From positions 1-46,962 of IMG/VR virus record IMGVR_UViG_3300005326_000717: a stretch of DNA of 46,962 bases; one strand, written 5' to 3'. Source of the DNA: a virus (taxonomy: Duplodnaviria; Caudoviricetes). Positions 19,181 through 27,562 of this stretch are shown here, piece by piece (position 1 is the stretch's first letter; each line of letters begins with the position of its first letter). A program made the position numbers and the translations under genes. Below the pieces are notes generated by a model, which was not told the DNA's origin, searched no databases, and saw only the letters and a list, made by a program, of their open reading frames with translations.

Positions 19181-19572
19181 CCCTCACCCTCAGCGATCTC
19201 TCCGAATGGCGCCGGGCCGAAATGGACACCCCCGCCATGATCATCCCCCCACCTCAAGCCGAAATCAAAAGCCTGCTCGATCAGCTCCTCAAGGATGCCG
19301 GCCCCGACCCTCTCGCATTGGGAGAAGACTGTGAACTCTTTGCAGCCAAGGATCTGCTCGCTGACATCTTCCGGATCCGCCGCAACAAACTAGCGCGGGC
19401 CTGCGAACTCAACCCGGACAACGCAAGCCTGCCGGAACTTCGGAGCCTCCTACCCTTTGAAAACGAAACATGGTTCTATCTCACGGAGGGGTACCGCAGG
19501 CTGGACTACGCGATCAGCGATGTCGTGAAGCGGGGAGAGTGGAGCGGGAAGTGGAGGCCTGACAAGAAATGA
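19177..19572 (+). CDS. GINS A-domain-like protein
   Basis: LSDLSEWRRAE, IFRIRRNKLARA, LLPFENETWFYL resemble archaeal Gins51 helical-domain motifs (IxxxRxxKI, LtxeE). Confidence 0.55.
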   Translation: MTLTLSDLSEWRRAEMDTPAMIIPPPQAEIKSLLDQLLKDAGPDPLALGEDCELFAAKDLLADIFRIRRNKLARACELNPDNASLPELRSLLPFENETWFYLTEGYRRLDYAISDVVKRGEWSGKWRPDKK

Positions 19573-19868
19573 GCTTCGATGAGTTCAAGCTCTGCAAAGG
19601 TTGTCCCGTTAAGGGATCGCGTTACTTCGATCCTGACGGATATTGGTGCTGCAAACACCCGGGCGCATGGAAACATGCACAAGATCTCGATGATAGTGCC
19701 CGAACGAAATACACTCCTGACACGCCATCGGGGCACGAATCAGGCGATACAATCCCGTTCGTGTGCATGAAGACCTGCCCGGCCGGTCACTGGAGACGCA
19801 CGATCGAAGGCGGGCAAATACCGAAGACGCAAACTGAACTGGTGGTCGATTCGGAGTATGCCGCATGA
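19569..19868 (+). CDS. Cys-rich hypothetical protein
   Basis: CKGC..CC..C..C. Confidence 0.5.
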   Translation: MSFDEFKLCKGCPVKGSRYFDPDGYWCCKHPGAWKHAQDLDDSARTKYTPDTPSGHESGDTIPFVCMKTCPAGHWRRTIEGGQIPKTQTELVVDSEYAA

Positions 19869-20185
19869 CCGCCGAATCCCGCACCCTCTTCGACTTCGGC
19901 CCGGCCCCCGCAACTACTAATCCAGAACTAAATAGTGTCAAATTAGTAGATGCCCCGACGGAAGAAAAACAATCGCCGCCTACCGCAAAGAAAGATCCCA
20001 ACAGGATCCTCATCGTCCCGCTCAGCGCATCTCGGCCCGTAATTCACAACTTCGCCCTGGTGCGGGAAATGATCACAGAAGCATTCGCCAACAATAAAAA
20101 AGTCGTCCTCTATCTCACGGGAAACGCCAAGGCAGACGAAGGAAAACCGGCCACGGAATGGCAGTTATGGAGAGTGGTATCATGA
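19865..20185 (+). CDS. Hypothetical protein
   Basis: Coupled ORF. Confidence 0.55.
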   Translation: MTAESRTLFDFGPAPATTNPELNSVKLVDAPTEEKQSPPTAKKDPNRILIVPLSASRPVIHNFALVREMITEAFANNKKVVLYLTGNAKADEGKPATEWQLWRVVS

Positions 20186-20478
20186 CAGAAGGAACCAACG
20201 AACCGACACGCAGCACGGAGGAATCGCAACCCGATTACCGGAAGAAATGGGTGGTCCCGAAACGGAAACGCGGAGGGATCGAGAAAATCCACCTCATGAA
20301 CACCAACGATGAGGCTTTCTGCGGGCGACACATCAACCCGGATCCAAAAAAGATCCTCGACTTCGATGACTACTGCCCGCTCGATCATCAGGATAAGGTC
20401 TGCCCAAAATGTCTGGAGTGGTGGAACAGCATCCGCCCCGGGAAGTACGGCAAGAAAAAATCTCTGGCAAAATCCTGA
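20182..20478 (+). CDS. Small Zn-binding protein, last early gene
   Basis: H..FCG...CPKC. Confidence 0.55.
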   Translation: MTEGTNEPTRSTEESQPDYRKKWVVPKRKRGGIEKIHLMNTNDEAFCGRHINPDPKKILDFDDYCPLDHQDKVCPKCLEWWNSIRPGKYGKKKSLAKS

Positions 20479-20487
20479 TCGGAGTGA

Positions 20488-20560
20488 TCCACATGAAGCC
20501 ACCAAACGCCATATAAGGCCACATGAAGCCACAAAGAGCCGCATAAGGCCGTATAAACCC
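20488..20560. repeat. 10-bp-period degenerate tandem repeat
   Basis: ACATGAAGCC/ACCAAACGCC/ATATAAGGCC/ACATGAAGCC/ACAAAGAGCC/GCATAAGGCC/GTATAAACCC. Confidence 0.85.
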
Positions 20561-20643
20561 TCTTTTATCCCACTCCCCCGTGCACTCTTCTGTGTTATGC
20601 CCCGGCACCTTGTCCGGGGAAAATGTAGGAAGTGTACACGTAA

Positions 20644-21153
20644 ATGACAGGCACAAGCGAAAGCGACACGATCAACATCAAGGTCGTGCCGATTGAAGTG
20701 ACGGACGACAAGTCCCAAGTCAGCCTTTCCGGGATGTTCTTCAACCAGAACGAGATCCGGGAAGAGGACGAACCAGTACAGGCGCTCACCATCGCAAAGG
20801 ACACCCTCGACCGGTCGAGCGGGTTCATTGTCGGGAGATTCAAGTACAAGATCGACGCCAGGTCAAAGATCATCTGGCAGGTCGCCATTGATGGCCGGCA
20901 GCTGGACGGGTATGGTACCGGCGTCCCGTACGGCGCAAGTGAAGGAATCTATGACACCCCCCTGTTCAGGTATCCCGGCAGTGCACGGGCCAACAAAGAC
21001 GGGCTTCACAAGGTCCATGTCGAGTACGGCCTGATCACCGGCATCGCGGAAAACGCCCTCGGGTTACTCGACGGGGGAAGGGTTCGGTCAATCGGCTCGG
21101 CTGACTTCACGATCAATCTGCTGCCCCACACGGCCCCTTTATCTTCGGGGTGA
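20644..21153 (+). CDS. Hypothetical beta-rich protein
   Basis: First ORF after the intergenic repeat. Confidence 0.6.
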   Translation: MTGTSESDTINIKVVPIEVTDDKSQVSLSGMFFNQNEIREEDEPVQALTIAKDTLDRSSGFIVGRFKYKIDARSKIIWQVAIDGRQLDGYGTGVPYGASEGIYDTPLFRYPGSARANKDGLHKVHVEYGLITGIAENALGLLDGGRVRSIGSADFTINLLPHTAPLSSG

Positions 21154-21689
21154 CGCAGCCCCATGTCGAATCGCAGCGAAAAGAGAGCACAGGCCCGGCC
21201 GAAGAAAGGGTACAATCCAGCGAACCCTCCGAGCAAGTCGCATCCGTTTTGGGGGTGACGGCCGTGACCGAATCCCCCGGCCCGTATCCGCCCGGCACCC
21301 CTCTCGGCATCAGCGGGCACCCTCTCGGCCCGCTCAAACCCACGGACCGGAACGGCCACGAGTACAACAGCTACGACACCGCGGGCGAACATGCCGAGAT
21401 CCTCACGATCCCGGACTGGTTCCCGATCGCATCCTTGCGCGGCAAAGTCCTCTGGGACGGCATCTTCAGCTGTTACTATGACATCCATCTCGGCATCAAT
21501 GCCTTCCTTGCAGGCTGGCGCACGAAACAGAACGAGGACGTCCCGAAATGCCCGCCCTTGTGGGCTCCAAAAGAGCATTACTGGGGTATTGCAGATATCG
21601 CGTATGACATCAAGCGTGGCAGCCAGGGCGCCATTATCGGCGGCGCAATCATGATCCTCACGCTGCTGAAAACATACGGTGTAATCTGA
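21150..21689 (+). CDS. Hypothetical protein with C-terminal TM helix
   Basis: Ends GAIIGGAIMILTLLKTYGVI; start uncertain. Confidence 0.55.
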   Translation: MTQPHVESQRKESTGPAEERVQSSEPSEQVASVLGVTAVTESPGPYPPGTPLGISGHPLGPLKPTDRNGHEYNSYDTAGEHAEILTIPDWFPIASLRGKVLWDGIFSCYYDIHLGINAFLAGWRTKQNEDVPKCPPLWAPKEHYWGIADIAYDIKRGSQGAIIGGAIMILTLLKTYGVI

Positions 21690-21699
21690 TGAACACCAC

Positions 21700-21799
21700 G
21701 GGACCCGAGCTTATGTTTTCTGGGATGACTCCCCGGCACGGCATAAGCCTCACGGATGGAAAACGTAGAGCGGCGGTTCACAGTTCCGCCCGGGTCCCA
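21700..21799 (+). ncRNA. tRNA-like cloverleaf with expanded D-arm
   Basis: Acceptor GGGACCCG/CGGGTCCC+A; arm GCTTATG...CATAAGC; arm CTCACG...CGTAGAG; T-like arm GGCGG-TTCACAGTT-CCGCC. Confidence 0.55.
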
Positions 21800-21803
21800 T
21801 CTC

Positions 21804-22029
21804 CCTTCATGCAGAAGGCTCGTTTGACCGCGTTCCGGCTGCGTGTGGGGATCAATCCAACAATGAATTTCCCCTCAAATTCCGCTCGTCACGTACTACC
21901 CGGAGGCTCACAGGCGCCCTCCGGACGAGCGTCACCCTGTCGCCGGGTGCACCGGCCCGATAAGACAAGCCACACACACCAGGTAAGGATTTCATCATCT
22001 CGTAGAGATTGGCCCGGTTGACAGGGACA
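21804..22029 (+). ncRNA. Hairpin-rich putative structured RNA
   Basis: CCTTC/GAAGG; TTTGA..GGGGA/TCCCC.TCAAA; CGCTCGT..CCGGAGG/CCTCCGG.ACGAGCG; CCCTGTC.CCGGG/CCCGG..GACAGGG; ATCTC/GAGAT. Confidence 0.45.
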
Positions 22030-22043
22030 TCAGAAAAACAGCA

Positions 22044-22121
22044 GCAATCCTCGACTAATGGTCGGTCCTAGCGCCCAGAAGTGGGAAGACGCAGATCCGG
22101 GTTCGAATCCCGGCGGTTGCC
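22044..22121 (+). tRNA. Atypical tRNA or tRNA-like element, anticodon not assignable
   Basis: Canonical T-arm CCGGG-TTCGAAT-CCCGG, D-arm GACT-AATGGTC-GGTC, acceptor GCAATC/GGTTGC; anticodon arm non-canonical (GCG..CCCA-GAAG-TGGG..CGC). Confidence 0.65.
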
Positions 22122-22125
22122 TTCA

Positions 22126-22299
22126 ATGACATGCACAAACGATCCCTATCGCCACTATGATGACGGCACATGCACGGCAGCCACCTCATCATCAGCAGCA
22201 CTTGAAGATCGCTGGCCGTCATTCCCGATCGTTGAACAGATGCCGAAAATCACCGAGCGGCAGATCTTCAAAACCATGCGTATGCGGGGCATCCGATGA
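22126..22299 (+). CDS. Hypothetical protein
   Basis: MTCTNDP... ATGA-coupled to next gene. Confidence 0.4.
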   Translation: MTCTNDPYRHYDDGTCTAATSSSAALEDRWPSFPIVEQMPKITERQIFKTMRMRGIR

Positions 22300-22676
22300 C
22301 CGAAACCCCCCGCAAGATCCTCTATATCTCCGGTCCCTTCAGCTCCGCTCCTGCAGGGTACGATCCCCTCCACGCCACCGAGCACAACATCAACGAAGCC
22401 TCGCGGTACGCCCTCATGGCAGCCCGCCGGGGATGGGTGCCGTTCTGCCCGCACAAAAACACTGCAGGATTCCAGCACACCGATATCCCATACGAGTTCT
22501 GGATAGAGGCCTGCCTGGAGTTCGTCCGAAGATCCGACGCCATCCTTATGATCCCCGGGTGGGAAAGCAGCCCCGGCGCAAAGCGGGAATGCGCCCTTGC
22601 CACGCTCATAGGAAAGCCGGTCTATTACTTCATGGGTGATGGGATACCCGGGCCTGAAACGGGGGTATCAAATTGA
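22296..22676 (+). CDS. DUF4406/nucleoside deoxyribosyltransferase-like protein
   Basis: LYISGPFS, PFCPH, DAILMIPGWESSPGAKRE. Confidence 0.85.
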   Translation: MTETPRKILYISGPFSSAPAGYDPLHATEHNINEASRYALMAARRGWVPFCPHKNTAGFQHTDIPYEFWIEACLEFVRRSDAILMIPGWESSPGAKRECALATLIGKPVYYFMGDGIPGPETGVSN

Positions 22677-23926
22677 AGAAACAAGAGCTGCGAAACGTCC
22701 CGCTCCGTAATCTGATACCGTACCGGAAGAAAGTGCACGACACCACGAAAGCCGTGCCAGACATCATCTCATCTCTTGAGAAATTCGGATACGTCAAGAT
22801 CTCGATCGTTGTCGATGAAAATATGGAGATCATCTGCGGCCAGGGCGTGCTGAAAGCCATGGAAAAACTCGGCTGGCCATCAGTCCCTGAAGTCACTCAG
22901 GTTACTGGAATGCCCGACACCCTGAAACGGGAATACCGGCTTGCAGATAACCAGGCCGCCGCGAGATCCCAATGGAATATCGAAGCCCTGCTGCAGGAAA
23001 TTGAAGAGATCAAAATCGACGACAAAGACTTCCAGATCGGAGATATCGGATACCTCCAGAAAGAACTCGATCAGATGCAGCACGACATTGAAGCCGAGAA
23101 AAATCTCCAGGATGATGACTTCGACCCGGAAAGCATCAGGCCGACTGACATCAAATACGGCGACATCTTCGAACTCGGCCCGCACCGCCTCATGTGCGGA
23201 GACTCAACAAAGCCCGAGGACCTGCAGCGGCTCATGGATGGCGCCCTGGCGGATCTGGAATTCACCGATCCCCCGTATAATGTCGCGTACGTCGGCAAGA
23301 CAAAAGCCGCTCTCACCATCAAAAACGACTGCATGAGCAAGACCGATTTTTACCAGTTCCTTTTGAAAGCATATCGGGCCATGCATGCCACATTGAGGCC
23401 CGGCGCCCCGATTTACGTTTGCCACTCGGACTCCGAAACCCTCGCATTTCGGCAGGCCTTCATGGAAGCCGGCTTCGAGCTCAAACAGTGCATCATCTGG
23501 GTCAAGGACCAGTTCGTTCTCGGCCGGCAAGATTACCAGTGGCGGCATGAACCCATCCTGGAAGGCATCAAGATCGACAGTGTCAAAGAGCACGATCCGG
23601 TCCTGTACGGATGGAAAGGGGGCGCCGCTCATCGATGGTTCGGGGGCCGTTGCCAGGATACGATCTGGGAGATCCCGAAACCGAAACGGAACGCCGAACA
23701 TCCGACCATGAAACCCATCCCGCTGGTGGGCCGGGCGATCCTGAACTCCACCATTGAGGGAAACATCGTCCAGGATGCCTTCGGAGGTCTCGGCGCCACG
23801 CTGATGGCATGCGAGCAGACCGGCCGGGTCTGCCGGATCAATGAGCTGGATCCGCACTACTGCCAGGGCATCATCGACCGTTGGGAAAAGTGGACCGGGA
23901 AGACCGCGGTGAAGGTGAAAGCGTGA
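22673..23926 (+). CDS. ParB-N domain fused to N6-adenine DNA methyltransferase
   Basis: ParB-like IVVDEN..IICG...YRLADN; FTDPPY, HPTMKP, DAFGG.G. Confidence 0.9.
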   Translation: MKKQELRNVPLRNLIPYRKKVHDTTKAVPDIISSLEKFGYVKISIVVDENMEIICGQGVLKAMEKLGWPSVPEVTQVTGMPDTLKREYRLADNQAAARSQWNIEALLQEIEEIKIDDKDFQIGDIGYLQKELDQMQHDIEAEKNLQDDDFDPESIRPTDIKYGDIFELGPHRLMCGDSTKPEDLQRLMDGALADLEFTDPPYNVAYVGKTKAALTIKNDCMSKTDFYQFLLKAYRAMHATLRPGAPIYVCHSDSETLAFRQAFMEAGFELKQCIIWVKDQFVLGRQDYQWRHEPILEGIKIDSVKEHDPVLYGWKGGAAHRWFGGRCQDTIWEIPKPKRNAEHPTMKPIPLVGRAILNSTIEGNIVQDAFGGLGATLMACEQTGRVCRINELDPHYCQGIIDRWEKWTGKTAVKVKA

Positions 23927-24120
23927 TGCAGGTTCTCATCAGTGATGACAGGGGGCAACTCAACCGGGTAAAATGCCCTCGTCCCTATTTCCCCCCGGTC
24001 CCGCTCGATGTCTGCCGGAAGTGCCCGTGGTTTGTCAGCATCCAGATCCCTCCCAATGACCCGGCATACGTTGTCTGTCGTCTTGAAGGAGAATGGCGCA
24101 ATGCGGAGCTGGTGCCCTGA
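23926..24120 (+). CDS. Small Cys-rich protein
   Basis: CP..CRKC..C; TGATG coupling. Confidence 0.5.
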   Translation: MQVLISDDRGQLNRVKCPRPYFPPVPLDVCRKCPWFVSIQIPPNDPAYVVCRLEGEWRNAELVP

Positions 24121-24842
24121 TGGCAGCCGCGAAGAAGAAGGCCCCGCTTCCGGAGAGTAATGACAACTGGAAGATAGTCGATCCGAAGGATGCAAAGAAA
24201 GAGATCAAAAAGGCCCTCTCAAAAAAGAAATCCGGGAAAAAACGCCCGGTGATTTCACGAAAAGGAGCGCAGAGAAAGCCCGGAACCGGAAAGAGTGCGG
24301 CAAAGAATAATAAAAAGGTCGAGATAAAAAAGGAACCACAACCGCCGAAAAAACCCGGACGCTCGACGAAATACGACCCGGATACTCATCCCCTCATGGC
24401 ATGGGTCCTCGCGGTCCTTGGGAAGACCAATAAAGAGATCGCGAAGGAACTTAGCATTTCCACGGGCACTCTCTTCGCATGGGGCAAAGAGCACCCAGAC
24501 TTTCTAAGTACCGTAAAAGGGGGGAAAGAACTCGCCAACGCCCGGGTGGTCAAAGCTCTATACACGCGGGCAATCGGCACCCGTTATCCTGAGACAAAAA
24601 TCATCCAGAATCCCGACGGCACCACTCGCAAGGAGGTTACGATGAAGGAGATCCCGCCGGATGTAACTGCGATCATTCGTTGGCTTACGAACCGGGATCC
24701 CAAGAACTGGAGAGATCTCAAGAGTGTGGCCCTTGGCGGGGATCCCGGCGCACCCCCGGTCCAGATCACAAATATGTCTGACGAGGACCTCCTGAAGAAA
24801 GTCGCAGAGATCGCAGCCAGACAAAAGAGCGGAGGCCCGTGA
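24120..24842 (+). CDS. terS: Terminase small subunit
   Basis: GRSTKY, HTH (TNKEIAKELSISTGTLFAW), PPDVTAIIRWLTNRDP; upstream of terL. Confidence 0.85.
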   Translation: MAAAKKKAPLPESNDNWKIVDPKDAKKEIKKALSKKKSGKKRPVISRKGAQRKPGTGKSAAKNNKKVEIKKEPQPPKKPGRSTKYDPDTHPLMAWVLAVLGKTNKEIAKELSISTGTLFAWGKEHPDFLSTVKGGKELANARVVKALYTRAIGTRYPETKIIQNPDGTTRKEVTMKEIPPDVTAIIRWLTNRDPKNWRDLKSVALGGDPGAPPVQITNMSDEDLLKKVAEIAARQKSGGP

Positions 24843-26273
24843 GTGTCTGAAGCCTGCCTGTCTCCCGAGGATCGCGCAGCCTGTGAAGAGATTCTGCTGA
24901 GGGTGGCCCGGACAGACTTCTCGCAGTATTGCGAGCTCACATACCGGGGATTGTGGCAGCCGAACCGATACACTGATCTGATCTGTGAAAAGCTCGAGAA
25001 GGTGGAACGGGGCGAGATCAGGAAAATCATCCTCACACTTCCCCCGCAGCATGGTAAGAGTATGTGCGTGACCGAGACGTTCCCCTCCTGGTTCATTGGG
25101 AAGGACCCGACACGCAACGTGATCGAGGTCTCATATTCGGATGAGTATGCCCGGAAGTTCGGAGGATCGAATCTCAAGAAGGTCAAGGACTTCGGCAATC
25201 GTCTGTTTGGCATCGAAGTGGACCCGCGGAGGGGATCGGACACCTACTGGCAGGTCAATGGATACCGAGGCGGCATGATCAGCGCAGGGGTCCTTGGAGG
25301 TATCACGGGGGCGGGCGCGGACCTGCTGCTCCTAGACGACCCGATCAAGAACTTTGAGGAGGCCAACTCGGTGGTATACCGCGAGAAGATCTGGAACGAA
25401 TGGCAGTCCACGTTCAGGACCCGGGTCCATGCCGATGGCGTGATCATTGTCATCCTAACCCGGTGGCATGAAGACGACCTGATCGGGAGGATCCTGGAAT
25501 CACCCGAAGCGGACGAATGGCTGGTTATCCGGCTGCCGGCAGAGGCGGAAGAGAACGACCTGATCGGCCGTGAGGTGGGAGATCCACTCTGGCCTGAGGA
25601 GGGGTACGGTAAACAGTGGATGGCCGATCAGAAAGTGGCAGTCGGGCCATATGTCTGGACCGCGTTATACCAGGGCCGCCCCACTCCAGCAAGCGGGGAG
25701 ATCATCAGGCGGGAATGGTGGAAGTTCTACGACGAGTTACCCGCGAAGTACGACGAAATCACCCAGGATTGGGACCTTGCCCTGAAAGGAGGCCCCAACT
25801 CATCACGGGTCTGCGGACAGGTCTGGATGGATTCTGGCGCCAACAGTTACCTTGTCGATATGGTCTGCGATATCATGGACTTCCCGGCAACGCTCGACGC
25901 CATGAGGACCCTGTCAGGCAAACACCCGGAGGCTGGCTCGAAGTATGTCGAGGACAAGGCAAACGGTCCCGCTGCGATCGCTATTCTGAAGAACGAGATC
26001 CCCGGGCTTATCGAGGTGCCCCCGCACGGAGACAAGGTTACGAGGGCCAAAGCTGTGACCGGCTTCATCAAGGCGGGGAACGTGTTTTTGCCGAGCCCAA
26101 AGGCATTCCCGGAGAAAGCCGCATGGGTCCACGACTTTATCCAGGAGTGCAGTTCGTTCCCCCGGGGACGGTATAACGACAAGGTGGATGTTATGAGTCA
26201 GAAGTTGAGCAGGCGATTGATGAAACGACTGAAAAAAGACCGCTATTTCCATTCAGCAGGAGGAAGACGATGA
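24843..26273 (+). CDS. terL: Terminase large subunit
   Basis: PPQHGKS Walker A, LLLLDDPIK Walker B, TRWHEDDL, WDLA, EDKANG, FPRGRYNDKVD nuclease. Confidence 0.95.
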   Translation: MSEACLSPEDRAACEEILLRVARTDFSQYCELTYRGLWQPNRYTDLICEKLEKVERGEIRKIILTLPPQHGKSMCVTETFPSWFIGKDPTRNVIEVSYSDEYARKFGGSNLKKVKDFGNRLFGIEVDPRRGSDTYWQVNGYRGGMISAGVLGGITGAGADLLLLDDPIKNFEEANSVVYREKIWNEWQSTFRTRVHADGVIIVILTRWHEDDLIGRILESPEADEWLVIRLPAEAEENDLIGREVGDPLWPEEGYGKQWMADQKVAVGPYVWTALYQGRPTPASGEIIRREWWKFYDELPAKYDEITQDWDLALKGGPNSSRVCGQVWMDSGANSYLVDMVCDIMDFPATLDAMRTLSGKHPEAGSKYVEDKANGPAAIAILKNEIPGLIEVPPHGDKVTRAKAVTGFIKAGNVFLPSPKAFPEKAAWVHDFIQECSSFPRGRYNDKVDVMSQKLSRRLMKRLKKDRYFHSAGGRR

Positions 26274-27562
26274 TCATTAAACCAAACTTATGGCAACGTG
26301 TAAAGGCATTCGGAAAATCAGCAGCCCCGCAGGTTGCGAGGAAGACCATAATCTCCGGGGGTCCGCCCAAGTATTTCTCCCCCGAGATTCGAAATAACGA
26401 AAACCTCAGGAAATGGCGGGATATCTACGAGCAAGGTGGCATCATCAGCGAGGCCATCGACGCCTATCCGCTGGCCATCTGGTCCAAGGGGTACCGGCTT
26501 GAAGGGGGAGAGGCCGAGAAGACACTCGTCCAGGACCGCCTCGACACGTTTGATCTCGTGACTCAAGCAAAGATGCTCATTACCGAAGCACTGGTCTGCG
26601 GTGACGGGTTCGCGGAGAACGTGCAGAACGTAAAGGGCGATGCGTTCGCCTGCCTTGAAGTGAAACCCGCCGAGATGATCCAGCTTGATCAGGATATCAT
26701 GGGGACCGTGACAGGGTACAAGTTCGTACCGGACACCACACTCACCGGCAAGACAGTCCCGCTGGCCTTGGAAGACATCACCCGCCTCACACTCATCAGG
26801 TCGCCGAGGAATCCCTACGGCACGTCTCTCATTAAGAGAGCGATCGATGAGATCACCCGCGATACCAAGACTGCAGAAGGATCCGCCGGGGCGATCGAAC
26901 GACATGGTTTCCCTAAATGGCTGATCAACGCCACCGCACCCGGGACCCCGGATCGTCCCGCGGAATCGCTCGATGAAGAGACTGCCAAGAAGATCGAGCA
27001 TGAGTTCGAGGAACTGAAATACAAGTCGGAGTTTATCGCAGACGGCGATATCAAAGCAACCGCGATGGATACCGGGGGCGTGCAGAACATCCAGCAGTAC
27101 AACGATGTCATGCTCCAGCGTCTCTGTGCTGCCATTGGCGTCCCGCGTGAGATCCTGCAACTCACCGAAGGCGGTCTCGGAACAGGAGGCCCATCAGTCC
27201 GGATGGATGTCTGGTATGATAAGATCGAGGCCATGCAACAGCAGGTCGCCCGGTGCCTGAACCTGAACGTCATCGACCGGATCACCGGCAGGTCCGGCAG
27301 CGTGAAGATCGTCTTCAACAACCCTCGCCCCAAGAACTTCATCGCCGAGGCAACCGCGATCGCCGCCCTCCGACAGGGTATGGACCCCGACGCCGTCTGT
27401 CCGGCAGACTATGCCAGGGAAAGGCTTGGGATCCCGAAGGATGAAAGCGCGATTGATAAGGTGGTCCCGGAGCCGCAGGAAAAGAAGAAGACTCCTGAAG
27501 AACTCCGCGACTGGTTACTGGCCCAGATAAAGAAGGAGCCGAATGCCGCCACAGCAGAGTAA
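26270..27562 (+). CDS. Portal protein
   Basis: 430 aa after terL; ALVCGDGF, NPYGTS, AAIGVP..L. Confidence 0.85.
   Translation: MIIKPNLWQRVKAFGKSAAPQVARKTIISGGPPKYFSPEIRNNENLRKWRDIYEQGGIISEAIDAYPLAIWSKGYRLEGGEAEKTLVQDRLDTFDLVTQAKMLITEALVCGDGFAENVQNVKGDAFACLEVKPAEMIQLDQDIMGTVTGYKFVPDTTLTGKTVPLALEDITRLTLIRSPRNPYGTSLIKRAIDEITRDTKTAEGSAGAIERHGFPKWLINATAPGTPDRPAESLDEETAKKIEHEFEELKYKSEFIADGDIKATAMDTGGVQNIQQYNDVMLQRLCAAIGVPREILQLTEGGLGTGGPSVRMDVWYDKIEAMQQQVARCLNLNVIDRITGRSGSVKIVFNNPRPKNFIAEATAIAALRQGMDPDAVCPADYARERLGIPKDESAIDKVVPEPQEKKKTPEELRDWLLAQIKKEPNAATAE

Noticed and set aside
20488-20560. Mini-CRISPR array
   Set aside because: Units are contiguous 10-mers with no repeat-spacer architecture
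21686-21765. Hammerhead ribozyme (CTGATGA ... GAAA)
   Set aside because: Could not build stems I-III around the core; CTGATGA coincides with the stop codon of the upstream gene
21689-22021. 110-aa ORF over the structured region
   Set aside because: Arg/Pro/Ser-rich and featureless; dense base pairing explains the sequence better, though coding is not formally excluded
22097-22121. attP/att core derived from a tRNA 3' end
   Set aside because: Mid-genome, far from the integrase, and not repeated at the window ends
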